64,000 nt of DNA from Clostridia bacterium. GTDB taxonomy: Bacteria; Bacillota; Clostridia; Oscillospirales; Acutalibacteraceae. Under the pieces are notes generated by a model that was given only the letters and a program-made list of their open reading frames with translations, did not search any database and was not told the DNA's origin. A program made the translations under genes and the position numbers. The stretch is from the NCBI GenBank assembly GCA_017407995.1, contig JAFQVM010000014.1:48711-112710 (forward strand), given 5' to 3'. This document shows, piece by piece, positions 9,715 to 20,158 of the stretch (positions within the stretch are counted from its first letter, which is position 1; the number at the start of each line of letters is the position of its first letter).

Positions 9715-10278
9715 ATGAATGTATACGATTTTGACAACACCATCTATGATGGTGAAACTTTCATCAGCCTTTTTATGTTTTTAATAAAAAAGGACCCGTC
9801 ACTCATAAAGTATATTCCCGATGTTGTTTCCGGCCTGTATAAATACACAAAGGGAACAATAAATGTCGATGAAGCTCTCGCCGAGTACGGCCAACTGTTT
9901 TCCGAATATTTATCGGGCATTGAAAACCTCGATGAACTGCTCAGTTCGTTTTGGGATTCACATATGCATAAAATCAAAATGTTCTACTTCCGTCAACGCC
10001 AGGCGGATGACATTATCATTTCGGCAAGTCCTGACATATTCCTCTTTGATATTTTAAGGCGTCTGAACATAAAGAACTACATCTGTTCCAAAACGGACGA
10101 TAAGGCTTACATCACCGACCTGTGCTTCAGAGGAAGAAAGGTTGAGCTTTTCAGAGAGAAATTCCCCGAGGCTGAAATAGACAATTTTTACACAGACTCG
10201 GTAAATGACACCCCTATGATGGAGATAGCAAAGCATGCATTTCTTGTCTCAGGCAACAGAATAACACAGGTTAAATAA
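9715..10278 (+). CDS. HAD-superfamily hydrolase (IB type)
   Basis: MNVYDFDNT motif I, ISAS, K, YTDS.ND. Confidence 0.85.
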   Translation: MNVYDFDNTIYDGETFISLFMFLIKKDPSLIKYIPDVVSGLYKYTKGTINVDEALAEYGQLFSEYLSGIENLDELLSSFWDSHMHKIKMFYFRQRQADDIIISASPDIFLFDILRRLNIKNYICSKTDDKAYITDLCFRGRKVELFREKFPEAEIDNFYTDSVNDTPMMEIAKHAFLVSGNRITQVK

Positions 10279-10289
10279 AGCCACATACA

Positions 10290-10325
10290 AAACCCCGATG
10301 AAAGAAGTTTCTTTCATCGGGGTTT
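10290..10325. terminator. Bidirectional intrinsic terminator
   Basis: AAACCCCGATGAAAG / CTTTCATCGGGGTTT perfect stem between convergent genes. Confidence 0.85.
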
Positions 10326-10329
10326 ATTT

Positions 10330-11253
10330 TTATCTTTCATTCAATATTCTGCTCAAAAAGTTCTTCATTCCTGAGCATATATATTCAATATTACTCTCAT
10401 CAAAAATTACGTCTTTCTTTGTATGTATCCTATCCATATACAGACCGATTTTGCTTTTTTTCAAGGCTGCAACAGCTATGCTATTTTCAAACGTCATCTG
10501 GTCCGACGGATAAATAGCCCTCAACGCCTTTTCAATAAAGATGTTCTTATCATGTGTCGGAAGAAACGTTTCTTTCAATATTTTTTCATATTTGTTGCGT
10601 GCCTTTTTGCTCTGAATAAGCATGATATTGTCGCCATCTGACACACAGTCAAAGTTTATTATAAGCTTATCCAGCAAATCCCTTCTGTGTTGTTTTTCAA
10701 AAAACGACGAGCCTATCATACCGTTTTCCTCATGGTCAAAGAAAACAAATGCCACTTTCTCTTTTTCCTGCTCACTGAGCCTGTCCATAAGCTCAACGAG
10801 AGTTATAACACCCGACGTGTTGTCATTAGCGTTATTCTTGTTAGGTCTGCCCAGCGTTATAAGGCTAAGCAGCAACAACAAAGAAACAAATGTCGAAATA
10901 TCGTAGCTGATAAAAAGGTCGTCTGTAATAAGATACGCCAACACATAAAGCGCCGCCGTAACTGCCACAAAACCTGCAAGTATCGGCAATATGCTTAGAA
11001 GTATATTTTTCGGCATTATAAGATTGGGGAACGGCATAGCCGCACAGGTGTCATAGTGAGCCGTAAAAATTACCTTTGCATTAGCTACATCGCCCACTAT
11101 GAGATTTCTGCTTTTGGGCACACCGCCCTCTTCGACTGTTATGCTCGGAATATTTTTCTGCATAAACTCTATAAATCGTGTTTTCTGCTCTTTTTTTCTT
11201 CTGACCTGATAGTCAGAAAAGATTTTCCTTGATAACTCTGTCACAAAAATCAC
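10330..11253 (-). CDS. M28 family metallopeptidase with internal TM hairpin
   Basis: AHYDT, ANDNTSGV, DHEENG, NFDCV, IHT..D; start may be GTG 11244. Confidence 0.85.
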   Translation of the reverse strand: MIFVTELSRKIFSDYQVRRKKEQKTRFIEFMQKNIPSITVEEGGVPKSRNLIVGDVANAKVIFTAHYDTCAAMPFPNLIMPKNILLSILPILAGFVAVTAALYVLAYLITDDLFISYDISTFVSLLLLLSLITLGRPNKNNANDNTSGVITLVELMDRLSEQEKEKVAFVFFDHEENGMIGSSFFEKQHRRDLLDKLIINFDCVSDGDNIMLIQSKKARNKYEKILKETFLPTHDKNIFIEKALRAIYPSDQMTFENSIAVAALKKSKIGLYMDRIHTKKDVIFDESNIEYICSGMKNFLSRILNER

Positions 11254-11269
11254 CTCACACCAAGAAAGG

Positions 11270-12247
11270 TTACTCTGTAGTGTCTATCTCATCAAGTTCT
11301 GTCTTTATCTGTTCCAGAACAAGTCTCTCGACTTCCTCACACGGAGCATGTATTCTGCATCCTGCTGCTCTTGTATGGCCGCCGCCGCCGAGACGCTTGC
11401 ATATCTTCGAGGCATCCATGGGCGCATGAGTACGCAGAGAAACCTTAAAACTTCCATCCTTGCTCTCCTTGAGTGTTACGCCTGCCAAAACGCCCTCTAT
11501 CTGACGTGCCAAACTCGGAATAGCATCCGTCTCGCCGTCGTTTGAGCCGCTCTTTCTGAACATCTCCTGCGTTATAGTGATAACCGCACAGCGACCGTCA
11601 AAATACATTCGCATACTGTCGAGTGCAAGTCGCTCAAGGGCTGCATAGCTGCGTGACTTCGTTTCAAAAAACACCCTGTTTATCTCCGCCTTATCCGCAC
11701 CGCAGTCTATTAGTCTTGCCGCAAGCACGTGAGTGTGTGAGGTAGTGTTTGAAAACTTAAAACAACCCGTATCAGTTGATATGCCTGTGTAAAGACAGTC
11801 AGCAATCTTCGGGGTTATCTCAACACCTAACTCATCAGCCAGCTCGCAGAAAATTTCCGCACACGCTGCGGCAGATGCATCGAGAAGAAGATTCTTTGCA
11901 TAATGCAAATTTGAACCGTGATGGTCTATACAAAGGTCGATTCTGCCCTCATATTTCTGTGCAGAAGCATCCGACAAAAGCTTAATGTCCGCCACATCGA
12001 CAGCGACTATGAACTTCGGTTCAAAGTCGCCGCAGTCGCACAGACCCTCTGTCATAAACTGATACTTTTTGACTATGATATCAGCACACTCCAGCCTGCA
12101 CCGCTTATTCAGTTTTTGCAGCATGTGCATCAAGCCAAACCCGCAGCCAAGGGTATCCCCGTCAGGATGCGAGTGGCACAGCACAAGTATGTCATCATTT
12201 TCACGCAGCAGACTTGCCGCACGAGCAACATCAATCAGCATTCTCAT
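11270..12247 (-). CDS. nrnA: DHH/DHHA1 bifunctional oligoribonuclease/PAP phosphatase
   Basis: HSHPDGD, IDHH, TDTG.F, GGGGH; position after rbfA. Confidence 0.92.
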   Translation of the reverse strand: MRMLIDVARAASLLRENDDILVLCHSHPDGDTLGCGFGLMHMLQKLNKRCRLECADIIVKKYQFMTEGLCDCGDFEPKFIVAVDVADIKLLSDASAQKYEGRIDLCIDHHGSNLHYAKNLLLDASAAACAEIFCELADELGVEITPKIADCLYTGISTDTGCFKFSNTTSHTHVLAARLIDCGADKAEINRVFFETKSRSYAALERLALDSMRMYFDGRCAVITITQEMFRKSGSNDGETDAIPSLARQIEGVLAGVTLKESKDGSFKVSLRTHAPMDASKICKRLGGGGHTRAAGCRIHAPCEEVERLVLEQIKTELDEIDTTE

Positions 12248-12590
12248 CTTCCTTTAAATCGTCAAGCATCTTCGCTATACTCATGCCGTACTCAATCGAA
12301 TTATCGGCAACGAACTTAAGCTCGGGTGTTTTACGCAGGTGAAGTCTTTTACCTACCTCACGGCGGATAAATCCCGTTGCGGCATCAAGACCCTTTACGG
12401 CCTGTTTCGCATCGTCAATACCGCTCATTGAGCTTACAAAAACCTTTGCAAATGATGCATCGGAACTGACCTCAACCTTAACAACCGTCAACAGTTTGCC
12501 CTGAACTCTCGGGTCCTTGAGTTCACGCATTACTGCAACAATCTCTCTCTTGATATCCTCGGATATCCTATCTATCCTGTAACCTGCCAT
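12231..12590 (-). CDS. rbfA: Ribosome-binding factor A
   Basis: LKDPR, GFIRREVG..LHLRKTPELKF; ATG 12590. Confidence 0.96.
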   Translation of the reverse strand: MAGYRIDRISEDIKREIVAVMRELKDPRVQGKLLTVVKVEVSSDASFAKVFVSSMSGIDDAKQAVKGLDAATGFIRREVGKRLHLRKTPELKFVADNSIEYGMSIAKMLDDLKEDENAD

Positions 12591-12591
12591 A

Positions 12592-15042
12592 TCAGTCACG
12601 ATATTCCTCGACGATGAACGCCTCGAAAATATCGCCCTCCTTAATATCATTGAACTTAGTAAGTCCTATACCGCACTCATAGTTCTGTGCAACTTCCTTG
12701 ACGTCGTCCTTGAAGCGGCGAAGTGAAGAAATCTCATCCTCGGTGATGACAATACCGTCACGCACAACACGGATTTTTGAGTTTCTTGTAACCTTTCCGT
12801 TAAGAACATAACAACCTGCGATATTGCCCACAGACGATATTTTAACCACCTGACGGACTTCTACACGGCCCTGTTCAACATCACGGAATTTAGGAGCAAG
12901 CATACCCTTGATAGCAGCTTCTATCTCCTCTATGCAGTCATAGATTATTCTGTAGCAACGGATATCAACACCGTCACGTTCAGCATTTAAAGCAGCAACT
13001 GGGTCGGGTCTGACGTTGAAGCCGACAATTATAGCATTTGATGCGTTTGCAAGCATGACGTCTGACTCGTTGACAGCACCTACACCGCTGTGAATTATTT
13101 TTACTCTTACCTCTTCATTTGAAAGCTTCTCAAGGTTCTGTTTAACAGCCTCGGCAGAGCCCTGAACATCAGCTTTAACAATAACGTTGAGGTCTTTGAG
13201 TTCGCCTGCCTTGAGTGATGAGAACAGGTTATCGAGTGTAACCTTTTCAAAGGACTTAAACTGCTCTTCCTTAGCTTTCTGCTTTCTCTGCTCAACAAGC
13301 TCTCTTGCAAGACGCTCATCGGAAACAGCATCGAAAACATCGCCTGCCTGCGGTGCCTCTGCAAGACCCATTATCTCAACCGGTACTGACGGGCCTGCGG
13401 TATTAACCTTTCTGCCCTTATCGTCCGTCATAACTCTTACACGGCCAACCGCTGTACCTGCAACAATTGTATCGCCGGAATTAAGAGTACCGTTTTGAAC
13501 AAGAAGTGTAGCTATAGGTCCTCTTGTTTTATCAAGACGTGCCTCGATAACAATACCCTTAGCCGCACGGTTCGGGTTAGCCTTGAGCTCCTGAACCTCT
13601 GCGATAAGCAGAATTGACTCAAGAAGTGAATCTATACCCATACGGGTGTGTGCGGAAACAGGTACACAGATTGTATTGCCGCCCCACTCCTCAGGAACAA
13701 GCTCATACTCTGTGAGCTGCTGCATGATACGGTCTGTTGTGACACCGGGTTTATCCATCTTATTGATTGCAACGATAATCTCAACACCTGCAGCTTTTGC
13801 GTGGTTGATAGCCTCAACTGTCTGCGGCATGATACCGTCATCAGCGGCGACAACCAAAACAGCTATATCTGTAGCCTGAGCACCACGGGCTCTCATTGAT
13901 GTGAAAGCGGCGTGGCCGGGAGTGTCAAGGAATGTTATCTTCTGACCGTTGAGGTCAACTCTGTAAGCACCGATGTGCTGTGTGATACCACCCGCCTCTG
14001 TTGCGGTAACGTCTGTGTGACGGATAGCATCAAGCAATGATGTCTTACCGTGGTCAACGTGTCCCATAACAACGATAACAGGGTCTCTGGGCTGAAGGTC
14101 AGCGGCATCGTCATCGCTGTCGTCTATTATTCTGTCCTCAATAGTCACAACTATTTGCTTTTCAACTCTTGCACCGAGTTCGCTTGCAACAATAGCCGCT
14201 GTATCAAAGTCGATAACCTGGTTGACAGTTGCCATAACACCCAGAGCAAAGAGCTTCTTAATGACCTCTGCAGCGGTCATCTTGAGCATTGCAGCAAGCT
14301 CAGAAACAACTATCTCATCGGGAACTTTAATAACGAGCTGCGGCTTCTTTGCACGCTCTGCAGCGATACGTGCAAGGCGCTGTGCCTCGGTCTCTCTTCT
14401 TGAAGAGCGCATACCTTGCTTGCGGTACTGGCTTGAACGCTGCTTTATCTTCTGCTTTGAAACAGAATGGTCGTTCTGAGCGGTCTTGTTAGCAGGCGCT
14501 ATATTCTCATAGCGCTCGTTATACTTGTCGAGCTCAACATGGTTGGCTCTGGTATCAACTGTTCTGGTTTCGCCCTTGGTACGTGACTGCATGGGCTTAT
14601 TTTCTTTCTTCTTTTTCTGCTGTGCAGGCTCCTCCTGCTTTGCAGGTGCAGCAGGTTTCTGAGCGCCACCCTTTTGAGCATCACCCTTCTTGCCCTCTTT
14701 AGCGGGAGCCTTGTTCTCCTTGGCAGCAGGCTTCTTATCCGCAGGCTTCGGCTCTGCCTTTTTCTCTTCCTTGGCGGCAGGCTTTTCTTCAACCTTCTCA
14801 GGCTCAGCCTCTGCGGGCTTTTCTTCTTCCTTTTTGCCCTTGAGATTATAATAATCATCCATATTTTCAGGCTGATTTTCTTTTGTAATGGTATCAAACA
14901 GCATATCGAGTTCATCAGAATCGAGAGCTGTCATAGCCTTTTTCTCCCCGTCAAAATGATTTTTGAGCAGGTCTGTAACATAATTGCTTTTAATGTCAAA
15001 ATCCTTTGCCACATCACGCACACGGTATTTTGTATTTATCAT
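12592..15042 (-). CDS. infB: Translation initiation factor IF-2
   Basis: [18 protein letters not shown]; C-terminal [12 protein letters not shown]. Confidence 0.99.
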   Translation of the reverse strand: MINTKYRVRDVAKDFDIKSNYVTDLLKNHFDGEKKAMTALDSDELDMLFDTITKENQPENMDDYYNLKGKKEEEKPAEAEPEKVEEKPAAKEEKKAEPKPADKKPAAKENKAPAKEGKKGDAQKGGAQKPAAPAKQEEPAQQKKKKENKPMQSRTKGETRTVDTRANHVELDKYNERYENIAPANKTAQNDHSVSKQKIKQRSSQYRKQGMRSSRRETEAQRLARIAAERAKKPQLVIKVPDEIVVSELAAMLKMTAAEVIKKLFALGVMATVNQVIDFDTAAIVASELGARVEKQIVVTIEDRIIDDSDDDAADLQPRDPVIVVMGHVDHGKTSLLDAIRHTDVTATEAGGITQHIGAYRVDLNGQKITFLDTPGHAAFTSMRARGAQATDIAVLVVAADDGIMPQTVEAINHAKAAGVEIIVAINKMDKPGVTTDRIMQQLTEYELVPEEWGGNTICVPVSAHTRMGIDSLLESILLIAEVQELKANPNRAAKGIVIEARLDKTRGPIATLLVQNGTLNSGDTIVAGTAVGRVRVMTDDKGRKVNTAGPSVPVEIMGLAEAPQAGDVFDAVSDERLARELVEQRKQKAKEEQFKSFEKVTLDNLFSSLKAGELKDLNVIVKADVQGSAEAVKQNLEKLSNEEVRVKIIHSGVGAVNESDVMLANASNAIIVGFNVRPDPVAALNAERDGVDIRCYRIIYDCIEEIEAAIKGMLAPKFRDVEQGRVEVRQVVKISSVGNIAGCYVLNGKVTRNSKIRVVRDGIVITEDEISSLRRFKDDVKEVAQNYECGIGLTKFNDIKEGDIFEAFIVEEYRD

Positions 15043-15075
15043 TCGGTATCCTCCTAAAAGGTGATAAACTCCACC

Positions 15076-15390
15076 TTAGTCGATATTCAATATGGTTATT
15101 ATACGGGACGCAAGTCCCTCGTCGTCAACTGTAAGCACAGCGGAGCGAAGAGCTGTCGCCCAGCCTATCTGTTCCATTGTGTACGGCGTTTTTATTACGG
15201 GAATCGAGCGCCCGTCATAGGAGGCGGCTCTGCGGAATTCCTCGTCAAGTCTCGGCGACGAGTCCGACGCCAACAAACAGAGCTTTGCATGGCCGTACTT
15301 TATAGCGGAGAGTGCCGCATCATGTCCGCAACTGAGCTTTCTTGCTCTGCGGCTGATGCCGAGCATCGAGAGCGCTTTATCATTCTCCAC
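15076..15390 (-). CDS. ylxQ: L7Ae/YlxQ family RNA-binding protein
   Basis: LGISRRARKL..G, ASDSS; operon position. Confidence 0.88.
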   Translation of the reverse strand: MENDKALSMLGISRRARKLSCGHDAALSAIKYGHAKLCLLASDSSPRLDEEFRRAASYDGRSIPVIKTPYTMEQIGWATALRSAVLTVDDEGLASRIITILNID

Positions 15391-15661
15391 TTTCGGCCAT
15401 CTCCTTACTCATGAGCTCGTAGACCTCCTGCGGAATCTCGCAGTTGAACTCCCGCTCAAATCTGCGGGACTTAATGGCCTTGTTAAGGCATTCTGCGCTG
15501 TGGCAGACATAAGCACCTCTGCCGGGCTTTCTGCCTGTCAAGTCAAGTGACACTTCACCCTGCGGGCTGCGCACAACCCTGACAAGCTCTTTTTTCGGCT
15601 TCATTTCATTGCATCCGTTACATCTGCGCAACGGCACCTTACGCTGCTGCACACCGCTCAC
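15380..15661 (-). CDS. ylxR: YlxR (DUF448) RNA-binding protein
   Basis: PLRRC.GC..MKPKKEL.R, GRGAY.C. Confidence 0.93.
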   Translation of the reverse strand: MSGVQQRKVPLRRCNGCNEMKPKKELVRVVRSPQGEVSLDLTGRKPGRGAYVCHSAECLNKAIKSRRFEREFNCEIPQEVYELMSKEMAESGE

Positions 15662-15681
15662 CTACCTTTCAGTCTAAGCTC

Positions 15682-16752
15682 TTATATATCAAAATTAATA
15701 ACCTGCTCCTCTACTCCGCTTTCCGGCTTTATGTCTATCTTCCAGCCCGTAAGCTTAGCGGCAAGGCGGGCATTCTGTCCCTTATTGCCTATTGCGAGTG
15801 AAAGCTGGCTGTCCGGCACACGTACACGACAGACCTTTTCATCAACATTTTCAACAGTAACGTCAACAACATCTGCGGGAGCAAGTGCTGCTGCGATAAA
15901 CTCCTCGGGAGTCTCACTGTATTTTACTATATCAATCTTCTCACCGCCGAGCAGGTCGACTATCTTGCCAACACGTGCGCCACGAGGTCCTATGCATGAA
16001 CCGACAGGGTCGACATCTGCATCGGCACTGTAAACAGCAATCTTTGTTCTGGAACCTGCTTCTCTGGAAACAGCCTTGATTTCAACTGTACCGTCGAAAA
16101 TCTCGGGAACTTCCTCTTCAAACAGACGTCTTACAAGACCCGGATGAGTTCTGGAGATAGTAGCTCTTGTTGCCTTATCTGTATTGCGGACACCTGCAAC
16201 AAATACCTTTACGATATCGCCGGGATTGAGCTGCTCGTCGGGAAGCTGCTCGCTCTTGAAGAGGACAGCCTCTACTCTGCCGAGACTCACAACTGCATCG
16301 CCTGTGTTTGGGTCAACACGCTGAACGGAAACTGTGATAATCTCCTGATTACGGCTTTCAAGCTCGCTTCTCAATTGACCCTGCTCTGCCTCACGGATAG
16401 CCTGACGAAGCATATGTTTACCTTTTTCTGCTGTAATTCTGCTGACCTTTGCAGTCTCAACCGGAATCTCAATTATGTCACCCGGAACCGCAGTGGGCTT
16501 ATACTGAGCAGCCTGCTCAACAAGAAGGTCTGTGTCAGGGTCAGAGATTTCAGATACTACTGTCTTACGAAGGTAGACTCTGAAAGCACCTTTCTCAGGG
16601 TCGACATCGCAGAACACGATGTCTTTATTGTTATATTCCTTTTTGAGAGCGCCAACCATAACCGACTGGATACTCTGGCACATTGCGTCAACAGACACAC
16701 CTGTATCCTTGCTTAAAAGTTTTACCGCCTCAAAAAATTCCTTGTTATCCAT
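15682..16752 (-). CDS. nusA: Transcription termination/antitermination factor NusA
   Basis: SRTHP, EVPEI, REAGSRTKIAV, AIGNKGQNARLA; ATG 16752. Confidence 0.98.
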   Translation of the reverse strand: MDNKEFFEAVKLLSKDTGVSVDAMCQSIQSVMVGALKKEYNNKDIVFCDVDPEKGAFRVYLRKTVVSEISDPDTDLLVEQAAQYKPTAVPGDIIEIPVETAKVSRITAEKGKHMLRQAIREAEQGQLRSELESRNQEIITVSVQRVDPNTGDAVVSLGRVEAVLFKSEQLPDEQLNPGDIVKVFVAGVRNTDKATRATISRTHPGLVRRLFEEEVPEIFDGTVEIKAVSREAGSRTKIAVYSADADVDPVGSCIGPRGARVGKIVDLLGGEKIDIVKYSETPEEFIAAALAPADVVDVTVENVDEKVCRVRVPDSQLSLAIGNKGQNARLAAKLTGWKIDIKPESGVEEQVINFDI

Positions 16753-16845
16753 TTTTCTAATCAATCCTTTCACCCATCGGGGTTGTTAATTTTTAAAATA
16801 TATCATTCCGCTTTTGCGAAGTTATTTTACTTTTTTCAAACTTTC

Positions 16846-17322
16846 TTACATCTCAAAGTCGTCAAGCTTTACAAAGCTGACTTCCTTTTTATCTACGCTA
16901 AATCCGCCGTCTTCAAGTGACACGGTTATCAAACCGCTATCGTAGTCCTCAAGGATTCCTCGAAACTCTCGTTCGCCGTCCTTGGGTCGGATAAGACGAA
17001 GTATAATCTTTTCGCCAATATACTGTTTAAAATGTTCATCCCTTGTAAGCTGACGCTCAACTCCGGGTGATGAAACCTCAAGATAGTAGCTCTGCTCTAT
17101 CGGGTCAGCCTCATCAAGGGGAGCATCAACAGCACGGCTGAAATTCTCACAGTCCGTAATGCCGACTCCGCCCTCTTTATCAATAAATATGCGAAGATAC
17201 CATGAAACGCCTTCTTTCTGGAAACGGATATCCCAAATCGAAAGTCCGAGTTCCTCAGCAATGGGAGCCACTATCTCCCAAACGGCGGCGACAGTATTTC
17301 CGCCCTTACCTTTTGATGCCAC
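16846..17322 (-). CDS. rimP: Ribosome maturation factor RimP
   Basis: DCENFSR, Y.LEVSSPGVER.L. Confidence 0.97.
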   Translation of the reverse strand: MASKGKGGNTVAAVWEIVAPIAEELGLSIWDIRFQKEGVSWYLRIFIDKEGGVGITDCENFSRAVDAPLDEADPIEQSYYLEVSSPGVERQLTRDEHFKQYIGEKIILRLIRPKDGEREFRGILEDYDSGLITVSLEDGGFSVDKKEVSFVKLDDFEM

Positions 17323-17356
17323 AGATACACTCTCCTTTTAAAAGTCCCTAACATGC

Positions 17357-17386
17357 ACGAAAGAGCGGGTTGCCCCACTCTTTCGT
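17357..17386 (-). promoter_or_regulatory. rimP leader hairpin
   Basis: ACGAAAGAGTGGG-GCAA-CCCGCTCTTTCGT with GNRA loop and a U-G pair on the minus strand, in the 5' UTR of rimP; resembles the known Firmicutes rimP leader. Confidence 0.8.
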
Positions 17387-17536
17387 CAAGTTTACATTCC
17401 TACATTGATAGTTTATCACAAAGATTTTTAAATATCAACACTTTTTTAAAAGTTTTGGAAAATACGAAGCATAAATATTGTCAAGGAAGATGATTGTGAT
17501 ATAATTATTGTATCCCATAACAAAAGAGGCAAAAAT

Positions 17537-18331
17537 ATGGTTATAGATTTTCATACGCACTGTTTTCCCGACACGCTTGCGCCAAAGGCGTTACCGTCGC
17601 TTGCACGCTGTTCGGGCAACGCAAAACCCGTTTTTGACGGCACATCAAAGGGTCTTGCTGCCGCCGCAAAGGACGGCGGAGCGGACAAAGCTGTAGTTTT
17701 GAACATTGCGACCAATCCGCATCAACAGAAAAAGGTAAATGATTTTGCAATATCCCTGCTCGATGATGAAACTCTTATTCCGTTCGGCAGCGTTCACTTT
17801 GAGAGTCCCGATGCACTCGACGAGCTGCAGCGCCTGCATGATGCAGGCATAAAGGGCATCAAACTCCATCCCGATTATCAGGAATTTTTTGTAGATGATG
17901 AACGTCTGTTTCCCATATATGAAAAGATAGGCGAGCTCGGCATGATAACCGTTTTTCATGCGGGAGTTGACATCGGATTGCCCGACCCCGTATACTGTCC
18001 GCCTAAAAGGTTAAAAGCTGCACTGCCGCACTTTGGCGGAGCACCCGTTATAGCTGCACACATGGGCGGATTCTTGCTGTGGCGAGAGGTAATAGACGTG
18101 CTTGCGGACACAGACATATATGTTGACTCGTCTTTCTCCTGCGGTGCGCTGCCGCCACTATGGGCAAAAGAGATTATAGATACTTTCGGAGCTCAGCGTG
18201 TACTGTTCGGCTCAGATATGCCGTGGAGCTCAACAGAAAACGAAAAAGACTACATAAAGAGCCTCGGTCTTGATGATGAAAGAGAAACGCTTATTCTTGG
18301 CGGCAACGCCAAGAGATTACTCGGAATATAA
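17537..18331 (+). CDS. Amidohydrolase family protein (TIM barrel)
   Basis: DFHTH, KGIKLHP, FHAG, AHMGG, LFGSDMPW. Confidence 0.9.
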   Translation: MVIDFHTHCFPDTLAPKALPSLARCSGNAKPVFDGTSKGLAAAAKDGGADKAVVLNIATNPHQQKKVNDFAISLLDDETLIPFGSVHFESPDALDELQRLHDAGIKGIKLHPDYQEFFVDDERLFPIYEKIGELGMITVFHAGVDIGLPDPVYCPPKRLKAALPHFGGAPVIAAHMGGFLLWREVIDVLADTDIYVDSSFSCGALPPLWAKEIIDTFGAQRVLFGSDMPWSSTENEKDYIKSLGLDDERETLILGGNAKRLLGI

Positions 18332-18342
18332 ACAACACAAAA

Positions 18343-18376
18343 AAAGCACCCTTGCGTTCAAACGCAAAGGTGCTTT
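18343..18376. terminator. Bidirectional intrinsic terminator
   Basis: AAAGCACC.TTGCGTT / AACGCAA.GGTGCTTT between convergent genes. Confidence 0.75.
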
Positions 18377-18392
18377 AATCTTATGTTTTTAC

Positions 18393-18773
18393 TTACAGAA
18401 CATATGTTGAAATCGTTTTGCAAATACCCTTGATATCAATTCCTTTATTAAACTCGAACTTCACTCTGCCAAGACCGCTAAAATATATTTCAAGTTCAGT
18501 GTCGGCAATCCCAGACTCTATAAGTCCTGCTGTCTCGACAGAAAAAGCTTGTATCTTTGAATAGGGCAAGGAAGAGAAATCCTTTTTTGTTCCCGTAAGT
18601 CCCTGCGAATTTATAGCTATGATGCGCTTGTTTGTAAAGACAACTCCGTCTCTAACAGATTTAAATGTATCTGTTATTACCTCTCCTTCTATTAAAAAAG
18701 GAAATACCTCTCTGTCATAGGCATTAGGACTGCTCTTAAGCTTAAAAACTGCACCATTTTTAAAATCAATCAT
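18393..18773 (-). CDS. Bacterial PH domain protein
   Basis: RDGVVFTNKRII...QG.TG.K.DFSSLPYSKIQAFSVETAG. Confidence 0.88.
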   Translation of the reverse strand: MIDFKNGAVFKLKSSPNAYDREVFPFLIEGEVITDTFKSVRDGVVFTNKRIIAINSQGLTGTKKDFSSLPYSKIQAFSVETAGLIESGIADTELEIYFSGLGRVKFEFNKGIDIKGICKTISTYVL

Positions 18774-18856
18774 TGCAAATTCTCCCTCTTTCTTTTTTTA
18801 ATATTTTATTACAAAAATACACAATATACTAGTTTTTCTTTGCCTCTGAAAAAATG

Positions 18857-20047
18857 TTATATATCAAATTTATCTGCTTCGTACTTTGTGCAAGGATAGT
18901 TTATATTTCCGTTTTCATCCGGGAACGGTGAAAGGTTGTCATTTTCATATGCCTTTCGTTCCTCTTCGTTTGAAAAATCAGGAATCTTATATTGTTCACC
19001 GTTGTGAAGGCTACTTCTCCAGCCAAGGATTCCGACAGCAGACATAGCGCATGAACGGTAAGCGTTGAAATAAGGCTCTCTGCCCTCAAGGATACAGTCG
19101 ATAAAATCAAGAGTTACATAATAGTCGCCGCCTGCGTGACCGCACTGTTCGCCTTTTTCACGGTCGTGCGTAAACTCTATTTTTTCAACACTTTCCTGCT
19201 CTGCGCCTTCAGGCATTTCCCATTTGTTATAGAGAAGTCTTAAGCTATCCTGGTCGCCTCTGACAGTTTCCATGCTACCCTTAGCGCAGGCAATTCTGTA
19301 CCAGTTGCCGTGACCGCCGAACTTTGCCCAGCCTGTTACTCTGGCAACCGAGCCGCCTTTCATTGAACAGAGCATAATAGATGCAACATCCTTTACGGGC
19401 TCACCATCACGCTCCTGACGAAGGTCGTCCGAATAGATGCTTACAGCATTGACCGCAACGGGAACATCATCAATTATTTTCATAAGCGGTGCCAATGAGT
19501 GTGTCATGTAGTAGCCCGACGGCATAAGTGCTCTCCAATGGTCAGATGTAGGGGTATAGTGAACATACTCCTCATAGCTCATGGGATGAACATACTCGCC
19601 CTCGGCATAGATAGCTCCGCCTAAAGTTTTTCCTTTATAAAGCTCTGTCATTTTTTCAACGGTTGAAAAATATGCGTAGTTTTCAGCAAGCATATATATA
19701 GCCTTGCTCTTCTCAGCCGCACGGCAGATATCCACGCACTCAGCCATAGTGACTGCAGGCAGAGTCTCGCTCAAAACATGAATTCCCTTTTCGAGCGCTT
19801 TTACTGCATATTTTGCATGCTGGTTAAAATAGTTTGTAAGAACAACTGCGTCCATACCTGAGTCTATAAACTCATCAAAGTCGCTGAAATACTGTGTTTC
19901 TTCACTGCAAAATTTCCTTATGTTATCAAAATGCTTTTCCTCAAAATCACAAACTGCGCTGACATATGCCTTGCCTGTAAGTTCTGCCGCATGTGCAAAA
20001 TCAGCTCCACGTCTTGTGCCGAAAATTCCGATTTTAAGTTTATCCAT
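18857..20047 (-). CDS. Gfo/Idh/MocA family oxidoreductase
   Basis: IGIFG..RG, HVLSE, AENY, Y.THSL.P, GHAGGD; ATG 20047 after GGAGG. Confidence 0.88.
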   Translation of the reverse strand: MDKLKIGIFGTRRGADFAHAAELTGKAYVSAVCDFEEKHFDNIRKFCSEETQYFSDFDEFIDSGMDAVVLTNYFNQHAKYAVKALEKGIHVLSETLPAVTMAECVDICRAAEKSKAIYMLAENYAYFSTVEKMTELYKGKTLGGAIYAEGEYVHPMSYEEYVHYTPTSDHWRALMPSGYYMTHSLAPLMKIIDDVPVAVNAVSIYSDDLRQERDGEPVKDVASIMLCSMKGGSVARVTGWAKFGGHGNWYRIACAKGSMETVRGDQDSLRLLYNKWEMPEGAEQESVEKIEFTHDREKGEQCGHAGGDYYVTLDFIDCILEGREPYFNAYRSCAMSAVGILGWRSSLHNGEQYKIPDFSNEEERKAYENDNLSPFPDENGNINYPCTKYEADKFDI

Positions 20048-20118
20048 TTTGTTGCCTCCTATGTTTTTTTTCAAATGGATTTTATCACTCTTTTTCACCA
20101 ATAGCAATATAAAATCAC

Positions 20119-20155
20119 AAAAAAATACCCGTGAGTAATACTCACGGGTAAAAAA
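20119..20155 (-). terminator. Intrinsic terminator after fucI
   Basis: TACCCGTGAGTA / TACTCACGGGTA stem with a T-run on the minus strand. Confidence 0.8.
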
Positions 20156-20158
20156 TCT

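Noticed and set aside
14400-14900. K/E/A/P-rich quasi-repeats
   Set aside because: Normal low-complexity linker of the IF-2 N-terminal region.
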